Positions 40,143-50,496 of a stretch of 64,000 bases of DNA are shown piece by piece. Below the pieces are notes generated by a model, which was not told where the DNA came from, made no database searches, and saw nothing but the letters and a program-made list of their open reading frames with translations. The position numbers and the translations under genes are program-made. Origin of the DNA: an uncultured virus (IMG/VR IMGVR_UViG_3300032282_004613) (Duplodnaviria; Heunggongvirae; Uroviricota; Caudoviricetes). Each line of letters starts with the position of its first letter. Within the stretch, counting starts at the first letter, position 1. The stretch lies in IMG/VR virus record IMGVR_UViG_3300032282_004613; one strand, 5' to 3'.

Positions 40143-40532
40143 TTATTTTAGGGAACCAGATGGGTTTAAATCGTCATAATTTATTTCATCTTTCATTACT
40201 TTACCCATTTCTGTTAGGAAAAATACTTCTTCAGTGTTCTCGTCCTCATAAGATTCAATTAAACCTTTTTGCTGTAAAGACCTTAAAACACTTTCCGTTA
40301 TTACTGTGTTTAGGTAATTTTCCGCTTCTTCTGTTGTTAACAATTCAGTACCAGATTCATCAAGTTCACCATTTATAAATTTTTCCGTTAGGATGTTACA
40401 TAGTTCATTTCTAGCAAATGTTAGATCCGTAATTTCAAGTTCTTTGAAAAAACCATCTTCAGTTATTATATCTATAAAGGCCTCCGCTTTCTTTATTATT
40501 GAAGGTTGATAAACAATTTTATCCATATCCAA
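40143..40532 (-). CDS. hypothetical protein, winged-helix-like C-terminus
   Basis: LQQKGLIES...FFLTEMGK. Confidence 0.65.
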   Translation of the reverse strand: MDMDKIVYQPSIIKKAEAFIDIITEDGFFKELEITDLTFARNELCNILTEKFINGELDESGTELLTTEEAENYLNTVITESVLRSLQQKGLIESYEDENTEEVFFLTEMGKVMKDEINYDDLNPSGSLK

Positions 40533-40633
40533 TCCTATTTTACTTAATATACAAAAAAATATTGAGAATAAAAACCCTGAATTAACATTTTAAAATGTCA
40601 AAAAAAATAGTTATATTACCCAAAATATTAGAA

Positions 40634-41887
40634 ATGGGTAACGGTAAAATTTTTATTCAAATTGCATCATACAGAGATCCACAGTTGATACCAACAATAG
40701 AGGACTGTATATTAAAAGCAAAGAATCCAAAAAAATTAGTTTTTTCAATTGCTTGGCAACATTCTAGCGAAGATAAATGGGATGATTTGTCTTTATATAA
40801 AACAGACAAAAGATTTAAAATAGTTGACATTGACTATAAAAACTCAAATGGTGCTTGTTGGGCTAGAAATCAATTACAACAAAATTATGATGGAGAAGAA
40901 TATACATTACAATTAGATTCACATCACAGATTTATACAAGATTGGGATGTTGAGTTAATTAACATGTATAAGCAATTACAAAAAAAGGGCCATGAAAAAC
41001 CATTGTTAACAGGTTATGTTTCTTCGTTCAATCCAGAGAAAGATCCTCAAGAAAGAAATATGGTTCCGTGGAAAATGAATTTTGATAGATTTATTCCGGA
41101 GGGTGCAGTTTTCTTTTTACCTGCAGCAATTGATAATTTCAAAGAATTAAATGAACCTATACCTGCAAGATTTTATTCTGCACATTTTGCATTTACAACT
41201 GGTGATTTTGTAAAAGAGGTTCCGCATGATCCTAATTATTATTTTCATGGTGAGGAAATCTCAATAGCCGTAAGGGCGTATACATGGGGGTATGATTTAT
41301 TCCATCCACATAAAATAGTTGTATGGCACGAATACACTAGAAAAGGTAGAACAAAGCAATGGGACGATGATAAAAATTGGGTTAGCAAGAATGTTGAATG
41401 CCATAAAAGAAATAGAAAGTTATTTGGTATGGATGGTGAGGTAAAAGATATTGATTTTGGTGAATTTGATTTTGGTAAAGAGAGAACTTTAAGTGATTAT
41501 GAAAAGTATTCTGGGTTATCGTTTAGTAAAAGAGGTGTGCAACAATATACCTTAGATAACAATTTAGCACCTAACCCAATCATTGAAAACCCTGAACAAT
41601 ATGAAGAATCATTTTTAACTATTTTCAAACATTGTATCGACATAGTACCTGGTCAAGTTCCATTTGACGATTATGACTTTTGGGTTGTAGCATTTGAAAA
41701 TGAAAAGGGTGATACGATTTTTAGGCAAGATGCTGACACTAGTGAAATACAAAGATTAAAAAATGATCCAGATGGTTATTATAAAATTTGGAGAACATTT
41801 AACATAAAAGATAAACCATACAAATGGGTTGTATGGCCCCATTCAATATCTAAAGATTGGTGTGAAAGATTAACTGGAAATTTATAA
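40634..41887 (+). CDS. GT60/Gnt1-like GlcNAc transferase
   Basis: IFIQIASYRDP, GACWAR, LQLDSHHRF..WD, YFHGEE, GYDLFHP. Confidence 0.85.
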   Translation: MGNGKIFIQIASYRDPQLIPTIEDCILKAKNPKKLVFSIAWQHSSEDKWDDLSLYKTDKRFKIVDIDYKNSNGACWARNQLQQNYDGEEYTLQLDSHHRFIQDWDVELINMYKQLQKKGHEKPLLTGYVSSFNPEKDPQERNMVPWKMNFDRFIPEGAVFFLPAAIDNFKELNEPIPARFYSAHFAFTTGDFVKEVPHDPNYYFHGEEISIAVRAYTWGYDLFHPHKIVVWHEYTRKGRTKQWDDDKNWVSKNVECHKRNRKLFGMDGEVKDIDFGEFDFGKERTLSDYEKYSGLSFSKRGVQQYTLDNNLAPNPIIENPEQYEESFLTIFKHCIDIVPGQVPFDDYDFWVVAFENEKGDTIFRQDADTSEIQRLKNDPDGYYKIWRTFNIKDKPYKWVVWPHSISKDWCERLTGNL

Positions 41888-41888
41888 G

Positions 41889-43622
41889 ATGGTAAAATAT
41901 TGTTATTATTTAAACTTAGATAGACGCAAGGATAGAAAAGAACATATTGAGAACGAATTAAACAAAAGCAAATTATTAAAACCAATTTATAAAAGATTTG
42001 ATGCGGTTGACGGACTGACCGTTCACCCAAGATCAATTCCAACCGGCTTAATAACACAGAACGCTTTAGAGGATGTCTTATCTGATACAATTAGTGCCTG
42101 GGGGTTATCTTTAACACAAGGAGGTTTAGGTGTCCTATTGACATATGTTAAACTATTTGAGGAGATAGCAACGTTAGATGATTTTGCAATTACATTCGAA
42201 GACGATACTGTTTTAAATGAAAATTTTGATGATGAATTAACAAAGGTGTTAAATGAATTACCGAAAGATTTTGACATTTGCTATTTGGGTTATGCTGACA
42301 TGGATGTAAAAAAAATTGAATACTCAAATAACTTATCTAGACCCGACGGTATGGTTGTTTGTTTACCAGCATTGATTATATCACCAGAAGGCGCCAAAAA
42401 GATATTAAGTAAATTAAAAAACATCGATCATCAAATTGATACTGCAATGTATCATATGATGAAAACATTGAATTGTTTTATAATTAATAATAAGTTAGTT
42501 AGTATTAAAAATCATTTTACTACTGACATACAAGGTAATAATAATTGCTTAAAAAAATATGACAAACAAAATTACATTATTACGACATTAGCGTTTGGTG
42601 ACGATGCTAATAATAACGCTAGAAAACTAGCCAGGGATTTAAAACATTTCGGTCAAAATATATTAGTTGTAACAAATAAGAATGGGTTCTTTAGTGATTT
42701 AAGTAATGTTATTGAAATAGAATATGTTGGAGATAAATTTTCTTACAATAAAAAATATATTTGTTTTGAAGAAGGTTTTAAATTAAAGGACGCCGTAGTA
42801 TATATTGATTCAGATGCTAGAATTTATTACGAAAAATATAAAAACACTTACACTAACTTTTTTATTAACATTTCCCCTGGTTTTCATTCTTCATGGAACT
42901 GGGGAAAAATTACTAGAGAGAATAGTAGATTTTTTAACAGTATAGATGTCGCTGGTAGGATTCCTGGTTATGGTGAGTTAGCGTTAGAGTTGTGTAAGCA
43001 AATGAATATTGATTATGAATCAGCGTATCATTTCCAAGAAGGTATAATTGTTTTAAGTAAAGAAGACGGTAAAGAAAAAATATTATTAGATACCTGGAAA
43101 AAATTAGCGATTAAACTAGACCAATATGAAGATGAAAAAGGGGTAGAAAAATTGGGTGTAGGTGAAGGTAATGTTATTGGACTATCAATAGTCAATAGTC
43201 AAATAACAATCAATGGGTCAGAAATTTGTGATTTACTTGGAGAAAGTTTAAAGTACAATTTTTGGGGAATATATCGTGAAAGGTATATTAATAACTTTCC
43301 AAATAGAAAGTTAATAAGATCAACTGACAGTGAAATAGTTAAAGAAGAAACAATAAATGTTAAATTTAAAGACAAGGAAATTGATTTAACTTATTCAATA
43401 ATGAAAGAAGATGAGGATGTAATGACGTTGATATTTAATTGGAACAGGAAAAATGTTGTTGAATTTTTAGACCATGAATTTAGAATTGGTGATACTGTTT
43501 ACCATTTCAATAGTGATAAATCCAACGAACTAAATTTTCCGAATAAAAAAGGTTCAATTATAGAACATACCTACGATTGGTTTGGGGAAAAAGAATGGAA
43601 AGAAATATATAGATATGAATAA
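41889..43622 (+). CDS. GT25 glycosyltransferase fused to a second GT-like domain
   Basis: NLDRRKDR, RFDAVDG, FEDD, DICYLG; second DSD domain. Confidence 0.85.
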   Translation: MVKYCYYLNLDRRKDRKEHIENELNKSKLLKPIYKRFDAVDGLTVHPRSIPTGLITQNALEDVLSDTISAWGLSLTQGGLGVLLTYVKLFEEIATLDDFAITFEDDTVLNENFDDELTKVLNELPKDFDICYLGYADMDVKKIEYSNNLSRPDGMVVCLPALIISPEGAKKILSKLKNIDHQIDTAMYHMMKTLNCFIINNKLVSIKNHFTTDIQGNNNCLKKYDKQNYIITTLAFGDDANNNARKLARDLKHFGQNILVVTNKNGFFSDLSNVIEIEYVGDKFSYNKKYICFEEGFKLKDAVVYIDSDARIYYEKYKNTYTNFFINISPGFHSSWNWGKITRENSRFFNSIDVAGRIPGYGELALELCKQMNIDYESAYHFQEGIIVLSKEDGKEKILLDTWKKLAIKLDQYEDEKGVEKLGVGEGNVIGLSIVNSQITINGSEICDLLGESLKYNFWGIYRERYINNFPNRKLIRSTDSEIVKEETINVKFKDKEIDLTYSIMKEDEDVMTLIFNWNRKNVVEFLDHEFRIGDTVYHFNSDKSNELNFPNKKGSIIEHTYDWFGEKEWKEIYRYE

Positions 43623-44391
43623 TTTTGCATTTTGTACTTTGGTTTATGGTGAAAAATATACGAAATTAAGTAAAACATTAATAGACCAGATAACCAATAT
43701 GGGTTATAAAATTTTCGTTTACACGAATAATGTAGAAGCGTTTGAACCAAACGATAACATTATTTTATTAGAATACACCAAACCATATTTTTCTTTTCAT
43801 GAAAAATTAACGGTGGTTAGAGAATGTTTAAAACAATTTGAAACCGCAATATTTTTAGATTCTGATGTTGTTTTAAAGGACATCGATAATCTAGATTTTT
43901 TTGAAAATATAGATCCTGGATTACATATTTTTGCCACATTTGGGAATATTGGATCAACGTTTTTTTCTGATGATCATCCTAGGTGTGAAAATTTAAATCA
44001 AAGAAATACAAAGTATGGTAATGCTGGTTTAGAATTGGTGAACACGTTAGGTTATAAATGTAAAAAAGAATACCACCCAGGTATTGAGGAAGAAGCGTAC
44101 ATTGAGCATTATTTAGAAGGTAGATGGATTGTCAAAAAAGACAATGGTAAAGAAGAAAAGTTTTTTCAAATCTGGGAAAGCATGGTTGATTTTTGTGAAA
44201 CCTTTGATATTAATTTAGGGTACTTAAACACAATTGGTGCAGGAGAGGGTTCGGTTATGTCAATAGCGTGCTATAATAGTGGAATATCTTATAAAGGTAT
44301 TAGTCCATTAGTAACAATAATGAATAGATATTTCATATCAAACTACCAAGAAAAATTGGATGGCACTAAGCCATGGAATATCGCAGGATAA
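43615..44391 (+). CDS. glycosyltransferase-like protein (DxD)
   Basis: FLDSDV; paralog of the middle domain of 41889-43622. Confidence 0.7.
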   Translation: MNNFAFCTLVYGEKYTKLSKTLIDQITNMGYKIFVYTNNVEAFEPNDNIILLEYTKPYFSFHEKLTVVRECLKQFETAIFLDSDVVLKDIDNLDFFENIDPGLHIFATFGNIGSTFFSDDHPRCENLNQRNTKYGNAGLELVNTLGYKCKKEYHPGIEEEAYIEHYLEGRWIVKKDNGKEEKFFQIWESMVDFCETFDINLGYLNTIGAGEGSVMSIACYNSGISYKGISPLVTIMNRYFISNYQEKLDGTKPWNIAG

Positions 44392-44401
44392 AATTAAAAA
44401 T

Positions 44402-45496
44402 ATGTTTAAAGATTTAGAAATTCACACATTAATATGTAATCGCGACTTAATGTTAGCAATAAACAACTTTAAGTCAATACAAAAATTTGAAGAATTTTCG
44501 GAAGTACCGGTTATTTTACATGATGACGGATCATTAACTGATTCGGATATTGAAATTTTGCAAACAATAAAAAACGTAATCATTATCAGGCGCGCGCATG
44601 CTGATGAACTGATACGTGAATATCTGCAAAATCACCCAAATTGTTTAGAATACAGATTAGGTGATAATAAAATAAATTTATGGCACAAAATCAAATCATT
44701 TGATTATTGGTTTTTTTCAAAAACAAAGAATGTATTGGGTATGGATACCGATCTTTTATTTTTAAGAAAACCAGAGAATGTTATTGAACTAATAAAAAGT
44801 AACACTCCGTTCTATTATCCAGATATCCAAAGTGCGTATTGTTTTAATGAACCAAAATCTGAAATTCCGGTAATTGAGAAAGTGAACACTGGGTTAATTT
44901 ACATTCCGTCAGAAGAATATTATAGTATTAACGATATTGAAAACGCTTTAAGTAATCTATTAAAAAATGGTATTAATTATTTTCCGTCTTGGATTGAACA
45001 ATCGGCATATGCCCATATGTTTTATAAGAATGGTAAGTATCTTTCATTATCTGATCAAAAATATAAAATACCATATTTCCAAAAGGTGGATATTGAAATT
45101 ACAGAATGTTTACATTTTGTTAGTTATCCAGCAGTTAGGGAAACATATAAAACCTATTTAGAATACCTAGAATTTGAAACAGGTGAATTTGTTACTGAGG
45201 TATCATTTAATACAAAATATAAAGAAATAGAAATACCATCAAACTTTAAGATTCATAAAAATAACGGGATTTATAGTTTGACTTATTATTGGGGTCTTGA
45301 GGAAACAACTCAACAATTTTTAGATCATGTTTTTAGAATACACACCGAAGAAGGTGTAATTGAAAGAAAATTACAATCAGACAAAAATGGTTTTTTTATA
45401 TTCACAACAAAATCAAATATTGTTAAAATTGAACATTCATATGATTGGTTTGGAGAAAACGAATGGGTTGAGGTTGGTGAAATAACACTTTCTTGA
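44402..45496 (+). CDS. glycosyltransferase-like protein
   Basis: HDDGSL, MDTDLLF, NTG, EQSAY. Confidence 0.75.
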   Translation: MFKDLEIHTLICNRDLMLAINNFKSIQKFEEFSEVPVILHDDGSLTDSDIEILQTIKNVIIIRRAHADELIREYLQNHPNCLEYRLGDNKINLWHKIKSFDYWFFSKTKNVLGMDTDLLFLRKPENVIELIKSNTPFYYPDIQSAYCFNEPKSEIPVIEKVNTGLIYIPSEEYYSINDIENALSNLLKNGINYFPSWIEQSAYAHMFYKNGKYLSLSDQKYKIPYFQKVDIEITECLHFVSYPAVRETYKTYLEYLEFETGEFVTEVSFNTKYKEIEIPSNFKIHKNNGIYSLTYYWGLEETTQQFLDHVFRIHTEEGVIERKLQSDKNGFFIFTTKSNIVKIEHSYDWFGENEWVEVGEITLS

Positions 45497-45515
45497 TATT
45501 TATAATAAAAAAATC

Positions 45516-45749
45516 ATGGCAAAATTTAAAATTATTGGTATTAAAGCATCGGATACCGGTCTAGTAAAAGAAGAAATTGATCAAACATTTGCAGATAGAT
45601 CTGAGGCCCATATGTATGTTACAACCAACTTTACTTGGGATTTATTCGATAATGAAGAAACAAACGAACATTATATGGCGTTAAGATTTCATCATAATGA
45701 AAATGCATACGATTTCTTCCAGGTGCATGAAATCGCGGAAACCGAGTAA
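45516..45749 (+). CDS. hypothetical protein
   Basis: ORF track; TATTTATA upstream. Confidence 0.7.
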   Translation: MAKFKIIGIKASDTGLVKEEIDQTFADRSEAHMYVTTNFTWDLFDNEETNEHYMALRFHHNENAYDFFQVHEIAETE

Positions 45750-45792
45750 TCTTGTTTCCATAATTTGATAAAATATACTTAGATGGACCCTG

Positions 45793-46035
45793 ATGGTGAT
45801 AAAAAAAATACAATCTCTAAAAGAGAAAACCAAAAGATTAATGTTTTACAAAGATACATCTCTAATGTTAGCGATGTTCTTTCTCCCATTTGGGTACGAC
45901 GCCCTATTCAAGTTAATAATGGATCTGAGTGGTTCGTATTGGGTTGCAGATATCGTTTTCTATTCTATTTCAGGTTGTTTTTGGTTGTCTTATATATTTC
46001 TTACGAAATCTTTAAATAAAAAAGAAACCTCCTAG
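45793..46035 (+). CDS. small 2-TM membrane protein
   Basis: LMLAMFFLPFGYD.. hydrophobic segments. Confidence 0.65.
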   Translation: MVIKKIQSLKEKTKRLMFYKDTSLMLAMFFLPFGYDALFKLIMDLSGSYWVADIVFYSISGCFWLSYIFLTKSLNKKETS

Positions 46036-46036
46036 T

Positions 46037-46189
46037 TTAGGAGGTTTTTTTATCTTGTTTCTTTTCTTCAGGTTTTTGTAAACCTTTCTTAGTTTCTTCT
46101 TTTTGAACATAATGAGTTTTTTTCGCCTCTTTATGTTTTTCCATTATTTTTTTCTTTTCCTCGTCGGACATGCTAAAGATACTACTCAT
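46037..46189 (-). CDS. small charged protein (50 aa, MSSIFSMSDEEKKKIMEKH..; not in ORF track)
   Basis: translated by hand; directly follows 46191-46481. Confidence 0.5.
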   Translation of the reverse strand: MSSIFSMSDEEKKKIMEKHKEAKKTHYVQKEETKKGLQKPEEKKQDKKTS

Positions 46190-46190
46190 A

Positions 46191-46481
46191 TTATATTGTT
46201 TTTTGTTTTATAGTTGCTTCGCATTCTAATTTCTTAAATTGTAATTCTTGACATTTTTCATATTCTTCTTTCTCTTCTAATATTACAATTACTTTATTTA
46301 AAATCTCAACAAATAGTTCTAGGTCATTATCGTAACTCAAAACACTACAAGTAGAAAAGTAATCAAAAATTACGTCACTGTCAACACTTTTCAAATAATC
46401 GTAGATCATTTGGATTTCATATTCGTCATAGTTCCCATTATGTAGTATTCTAGTAACCTGTAATAAAAATGACATTGACAT
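46191..46481 (-). CDS. hypothetical protein with UvrB/UvrC-like C-terminal motif
   Basis: EEKEEYEKCQEL. Confidence 0.6.
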   Translation of the reverse strand: MSMSFLLQVTRILHNGNYDEYEIQMIYDYLKSVDSDVIFDYFSTCSVLSYDNDLELFVEILNKVIVILEEKEEYEKCQELQFKKLECEATIKQKTI

Positions 46482-46498
46482 ATAGATAAATATGTTTC

Positions 46499-46822
46499 TT
46501 AAGATTCATTAATTTTTCTCTCTAGAAACTTAAAGCACTCAAAAAAACCATCACATTCAATCTCTTCTCTTGTTTTCTTTGTTTCTTTTGATGGACCAAT
46601 ACTGATTCCATTTGACAATGAAATACAAAAATCCCAATTACTTTTTGAATACATTTCGATCGTTAAGTAAATCCCATCTTTATCAAAAAACCAATATAAT
46701 TTTTTAATATCATACAACTCAAGTGTAGACACGCTTTCTACCCCAACATTTGGGAACATAACCTCCGTAAATTTTTTAAATGCCGAAGGATACAAATATT
46801 TTATAGTATACCAGTCCAACAT
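46499..46822 (-). CDS. hypothetical protein
   Basis: ORF track. Confidence 0.65.
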   Translation of the reverse strand: MLDWYTIKYLYPSAFKKFTEVMFPNVGVESVSTLELYDIKKLYWFFDKDGIYLTIEMYSKSNWDFCISLSNGISIGPSKETKKTREEIECDGFFECFKFLERKINES

Positions 46823-46895
46823 GTTAATAATATAGCCATTTTCAATAAATAACATATACTTTTCAAAAAAAACATAATACTTATAAATGTTTATA

Positions 46896-47135
46896 ATGAA
46901 AATATTAGAATTTAATTACAACGAGGACGCTAGGACACTTTACGTAGAATTTTCTATGCCAGAGGATGGTGATGATTATTATAGAAGTATTTGGCTTTCG
47001 GTAGAAGAGATTGAGTATTATTCCCCAACCATATTAAGTGAAAATGATTTATTCTCAATTGAACATGAGTTTATAACAGAAATCTTAACAGGGTATTTTG
47101 AGGATAATAATCTACCCGAAGAAAGAACTTTGTGA
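46896..47135 (+). CDS. acidic hypothetical protein
   Basis: ORF track. Confidence 0.65.
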   Translation: MKILEFNYNEDARTLYVEFSMPEDGDDYYRSIWLSVEEIEYYSPTILSENDLFSIEHEFITEILTGYFEDNNLPEERTL

Positions 47136-47148
47136 TATTTATTAAATT

Positions 47149-47517
47149 ATGGCATTTCTAGAAGACAAACAAAAGGAAAAACTGGATAAATTCGTTAAAT
47201 TCGTTAAGGACCAACTTGAATTAAAGGAGGTTCCCAAAATTGTTATCCAGAATGGGCGTAAGGACCTCAAAACGACCGCCAATTACAATTATAACCTAGA
47301 CGATAAGGTTATCAAGGTAAACGCCAAAAATAGGATGCTTGTGGACGTAATGAGAAGTATTGCTCACGAAATGGTTCATCACAAGCAATATGAACAAGGT
47401 CGTTTAAAAGTTAAGCCACCAGATATTGGAGGTGAGATTGAGGATGAAGCAAATGCAAAAGCCGGTCAGTTCATTAAAATGTTCTCTAAAGAGGATAAAA
47501 CCCTTTATGACGAATAG
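47149..47517 (+). CDS. HExxH metallopeptidase-like protein
   Basis: RSIAHEMVHHKQ...IEDEANA. Confidence 0.7.
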   Translation: MAFLEDKQKEKLDKFVKFVKDQLELKEVPKIVIQNGRKDLKTTANYNYNLDDKVIKVNAKNRMLVDVMRSIAHEMVHHKQYEQGRLKVKPPDIGGEIEDEANAKAGQFIKMFSKEDKTLYDE

Positions 47518-47518
47518 A

Positions 47519-48085
47519 TTAATTTCGTCTAAATCTTAACAAAACACTAACAATAACACCCTTCTCTCTTTTACCATTAGAAAGGTAGATATCTGTAACA
47601 AATGACGGACTTAAAATGTCTAATCTTGTTATGTACGATTTTCCGGTTGTTGGGTTTGTTGTATATGTGTATGCTGTTGTTGATCCATTAGTTAGATTTT
47701 GTATATGTAACATTTCTAACATAGGGTCAGTACTAACCCAAAATTTATCTTTCATAATTTCTGAGTTAGGGTTAAATATGTTCAAAACATGACTACTTGA
47801 GCCAATATCCCATATAGTTTTATTTACAATAAATCTCCTATCTTCTGCGGTATTATTATAATCTTGTTTTAATAATATTCCATCAGGGGTTAAAGTTTGG
47901 TTTGAAAAGGAATTAACACAAATTGTATCATTTTTAATTATTTTTACTTCTGATACTGATTTTTCAATATGAATCTCATAATCATAAAAATACCAAGTAC
48001 CATTAAAATTTGGAATGGTTATTTCAGAATACTTCTCACATCCACAAAATAGGATAGGGAACAACAAAATGAGGATTTTTTTCAT
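47519..48085 (-). CDS. lipoprotein
   Basis: lipobox LFCGC; TACATTTG promoter upstream. Confidence 0.7.
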   Translation of the reverse strand: MKKILILLFPILFCGCEKYSEITIPNFNGTWYFYDYEIHIEKSVSEVKIIKNDTICVNSFSNQTLTPDGILLKQDYNNTAEDRRFIVNKTIWDIGSSSHVLNIFNPNSEIMKDKFWVSTDPMLEMLHIQNLTNGSTTAYTYTTNPTTGKSYITRLDILSPSFVTDIYLSNGKREKGVIVSVLLRFRRN

Positions 48086-48168
48086 AAACACTTTATTTTA
48101 TCCCGCAAATGTAGGATATTTTATTGATATCAAGTAGAAAATCTTGATTTTTTTTATATTTATAAGTT

Positions 48169-50463
48169 ATGCGAATTCTTATATCAGAGAAACAACTTAA
48201 GCACATAATTTCAAAAACGGTTCTTAATCAAGAGATTAGTGAAGAAGGAGAGGAAGGTACTGGGGAACCAGAGGCGGGAACTTCCAGTGATGGAGACAAG
48301 AAAACAGGTGCAACAAAGTGGGAAAGTGGAGTAACTAGAGGACCCGCTAACCAAATCGGCGTTACCAAATGGTCTGATATTGTCGGTTCAACATTAAAGA
48401 GAGGTAAAGCAAATCCACTATCAGAACAAGGTGGTGTAACAAAGGGAAAACCGACATTACCTAAAATATCGATTCCTAAAACAACGGAAACAGAAATTCC
48501 CCCATTTACTGACACATATAAAACATTTTGGGGTGAAGCCATTGAGATACCTCGTGACAAATATGGTAATGAAATATACAAAGTAGAGTTATGGAACGCT
48601 TCAACAAATAGAGTTAACTCATTTAATATGGATTCGGAAGGGAAATATTATGTAACAAAAAAAATAAACGGTGAAGATAAACGGTTTACTTACAATGCAC
48701 CTTATGAAGGATATCTTAGGATAATATTTCCAGATGGAACCATTGCATCGATAACAGACACTCGCACTGGTAAAAGGTACCGTACAACAATGTCCATAAA
48801 TGATTTATCGGAAATAGTTAAAAAGAGAGGAGAAACCGAAACCCAATGGCCAGCAATGATGAAAGCAATTGATTTAGATATCCCAACGACGTATCAATGG
48901 TTGCCAAGATATGGTTATTTTTGGTATTCTGATCCGGTACATTTGCAAGGTGAAGAATCGTTTCCTTTAATTAAGAAAGCGAAAGTTTCAGGAGATTATG
49001 ATTATTTTAGTAAAACCCCATATACTAGACAAAATGAAGTTGATAGGTATATGTCTAGAAAATCTTATAATGGTTTAGATGTACCGAAAGGTATGGACCC
49101 AAACAAGTATGATGAATATGTTTGGAGAAGAAATAAGATAACTGATAATATTAGCGGTTTTGATAGCAATGGTGACAAATACTTTGGTTCGACAACTCCT
49201 GAACAAGAAAGGATGTTAGCGGATTTAGATAAAGAATATAAAAGTCCGGAAGGTGAGGGTGGTGTTCCGTTATATAGTTATGGTACTGATGAAAGAACTA
49301 GTGAAAAATATGTGGAACTTAAGAAAAAATACGAAGATTTTTATAACCCAAAAATAGCGGCACAACAAAAAATATTGGATTCCACAAAAGCATATATTGG
49401 TGATTACATTCCTTCAGATGCTATTGGTTATGATCTAACACCAAATCCGGTGTGGGAAGCAGCGTTTAAGGAAAAGAATAGATTAACAAAAGAAAGAGAT
49501 GAAAAATTAAAAAAATTAAAATCAATTTTTGGTTATGATTATCAACACCCAAGTATACTTGGAAAAGGTTTTGATGAGTTTTGGGATACATGGGGAACAC
49601 CTTTCCAGATCGGTATTAACATTGCATTGATTGCTGGTAGTGGTGGTATCGCTGGGTTATTTACTGGCGGTGCGGCGATAACTGCCAGATTATTAGTAGT
49701 ACCTATTGCCGATGCTATGTTCAATGGATTGGTTGCTGCTTATCAAAAAAATAGAGGTCAAGATACCGAAGCATTTATATCACTTGTTTGTGCGTTAGTA
49801 CCACTTGGAAAATATGGGTTTGGTATTGCAAGAGTAAATAAAGAAGCGTGTTTTGAATTAGCAGCAAAAATAAGAAATGAGGGGCCAGGATTATTTGTAA
49901 ATATGGATAGATTAGGGGAATTTGTTGCACTATTAGGTGATGAAGAACGTTATATCTTAAGAAACGTGGCATCATTAGATAGGAAAGTGATTCAGGATGG
50001 TTTGGATGTATATTTTCATGATTTTAAAACATATGCTGGAAAAATGGGTTATCCAGTGGTTGCAGCAAGTGCAAGAACTTGGAGAAAATATGTTATCAAA
50101 GAGTTTGGATTTGAGGGTGGGTTACCAACAGCCGCAGGTATTTTAAATGGTATTTTTGGTTTCGTTGAAGATAAAAATAAACAATGGAATTTTAGTCCAG
50201 AGCAGTTAATGTCCATAAAAAAAGCAATACAAGTCGGAATGGATAATTTGGAATTAGAAAGTACGGATGATTTAGAGAAATTATTAGCGGCTAATGAAAT
50301 AACCAATTTGATAGAAGAGGGAAAAATAGAGGAAGCAAAAAAACTGGCCGATCAAATTGGTACTATATTTAAAGATAAAAAATTTGAAAATTTGACACAA
50401 GAGCAGATTGGTGAAATAAATGCTAACCCAATACTGATAAAATACATCAAAAAAAACCAATAA
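48169..50463 (+). CDS. large putative virion/ejection protein with TM segments
   Basis: LISEKQ leader; Gly/Ala-rich hydrophobic helices. Confidence 0.7.
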   Translation: MRILISEKQLKHIISKTVLNQEISEEGEEGTGEPEAGTSSDGDKKTGATKWESGVTRGPANQIGVTKWSDIVGSTLKRGKANPLSEQGGVTKGKPTLPKISIPKTTETEIPPFTDTYKTFWGEAIEIPRDKYGNEIYKVELWNASTNRVNSFNMDSEGKYYVTKKINGEDKRFTYNAPYEGYLRIIFPDGTIASITDTRTGKRYRTTMSINDLSEIVKKRGETETQWPAMMKAIDLDIPTTYQWLPRYGYFWYSDPVHLQGEESFPLIKKAKVSGDYDYFSKTPYTRQNEVDRYMSRKSYNGLDVPKGMDPNKYDEYVWRRNKITDNISGFDSNGDKYFGSTTPEQERMLADLDKEYKSPEGEGGVPLYSYGTDERTSEKYVELKKKYEDFYNPKIAAQQKILDSTKAYIGDYIPSDAIGYDLTPNPVWEAAFKEKNRLTKERDEKLKKLKSIFGYDYQHPSILGKGFDEFWDTWGTPFQIGINIALIAGSGGIAGLFTGGAAITARLLVVPIADAMFNGLVAAYQKNRGQDTEAFISLVCALVPLGKYGFGIARVNKEACFELAAKIRNEGPGLFVNMDRLGEFVALLGDEERYILRNVASLDRKVIQDGLDVYFHDFKTYAGKMGYPVVAASARTWRKYVIKEFGFEGGLPTAAGILNGIFGFVEDKNKQWNFSPEQLMSIKKAIQVGMDNLELESTDDLEKLLAANEITNLIEEGKIEEAKKLADQIGTIFKDKKFENLTQEQIGEINANPILIKYIKKNQ

Positions 50464-50496
50464 TATTTATATATTAATTAAAAAATAAAAATGAAA

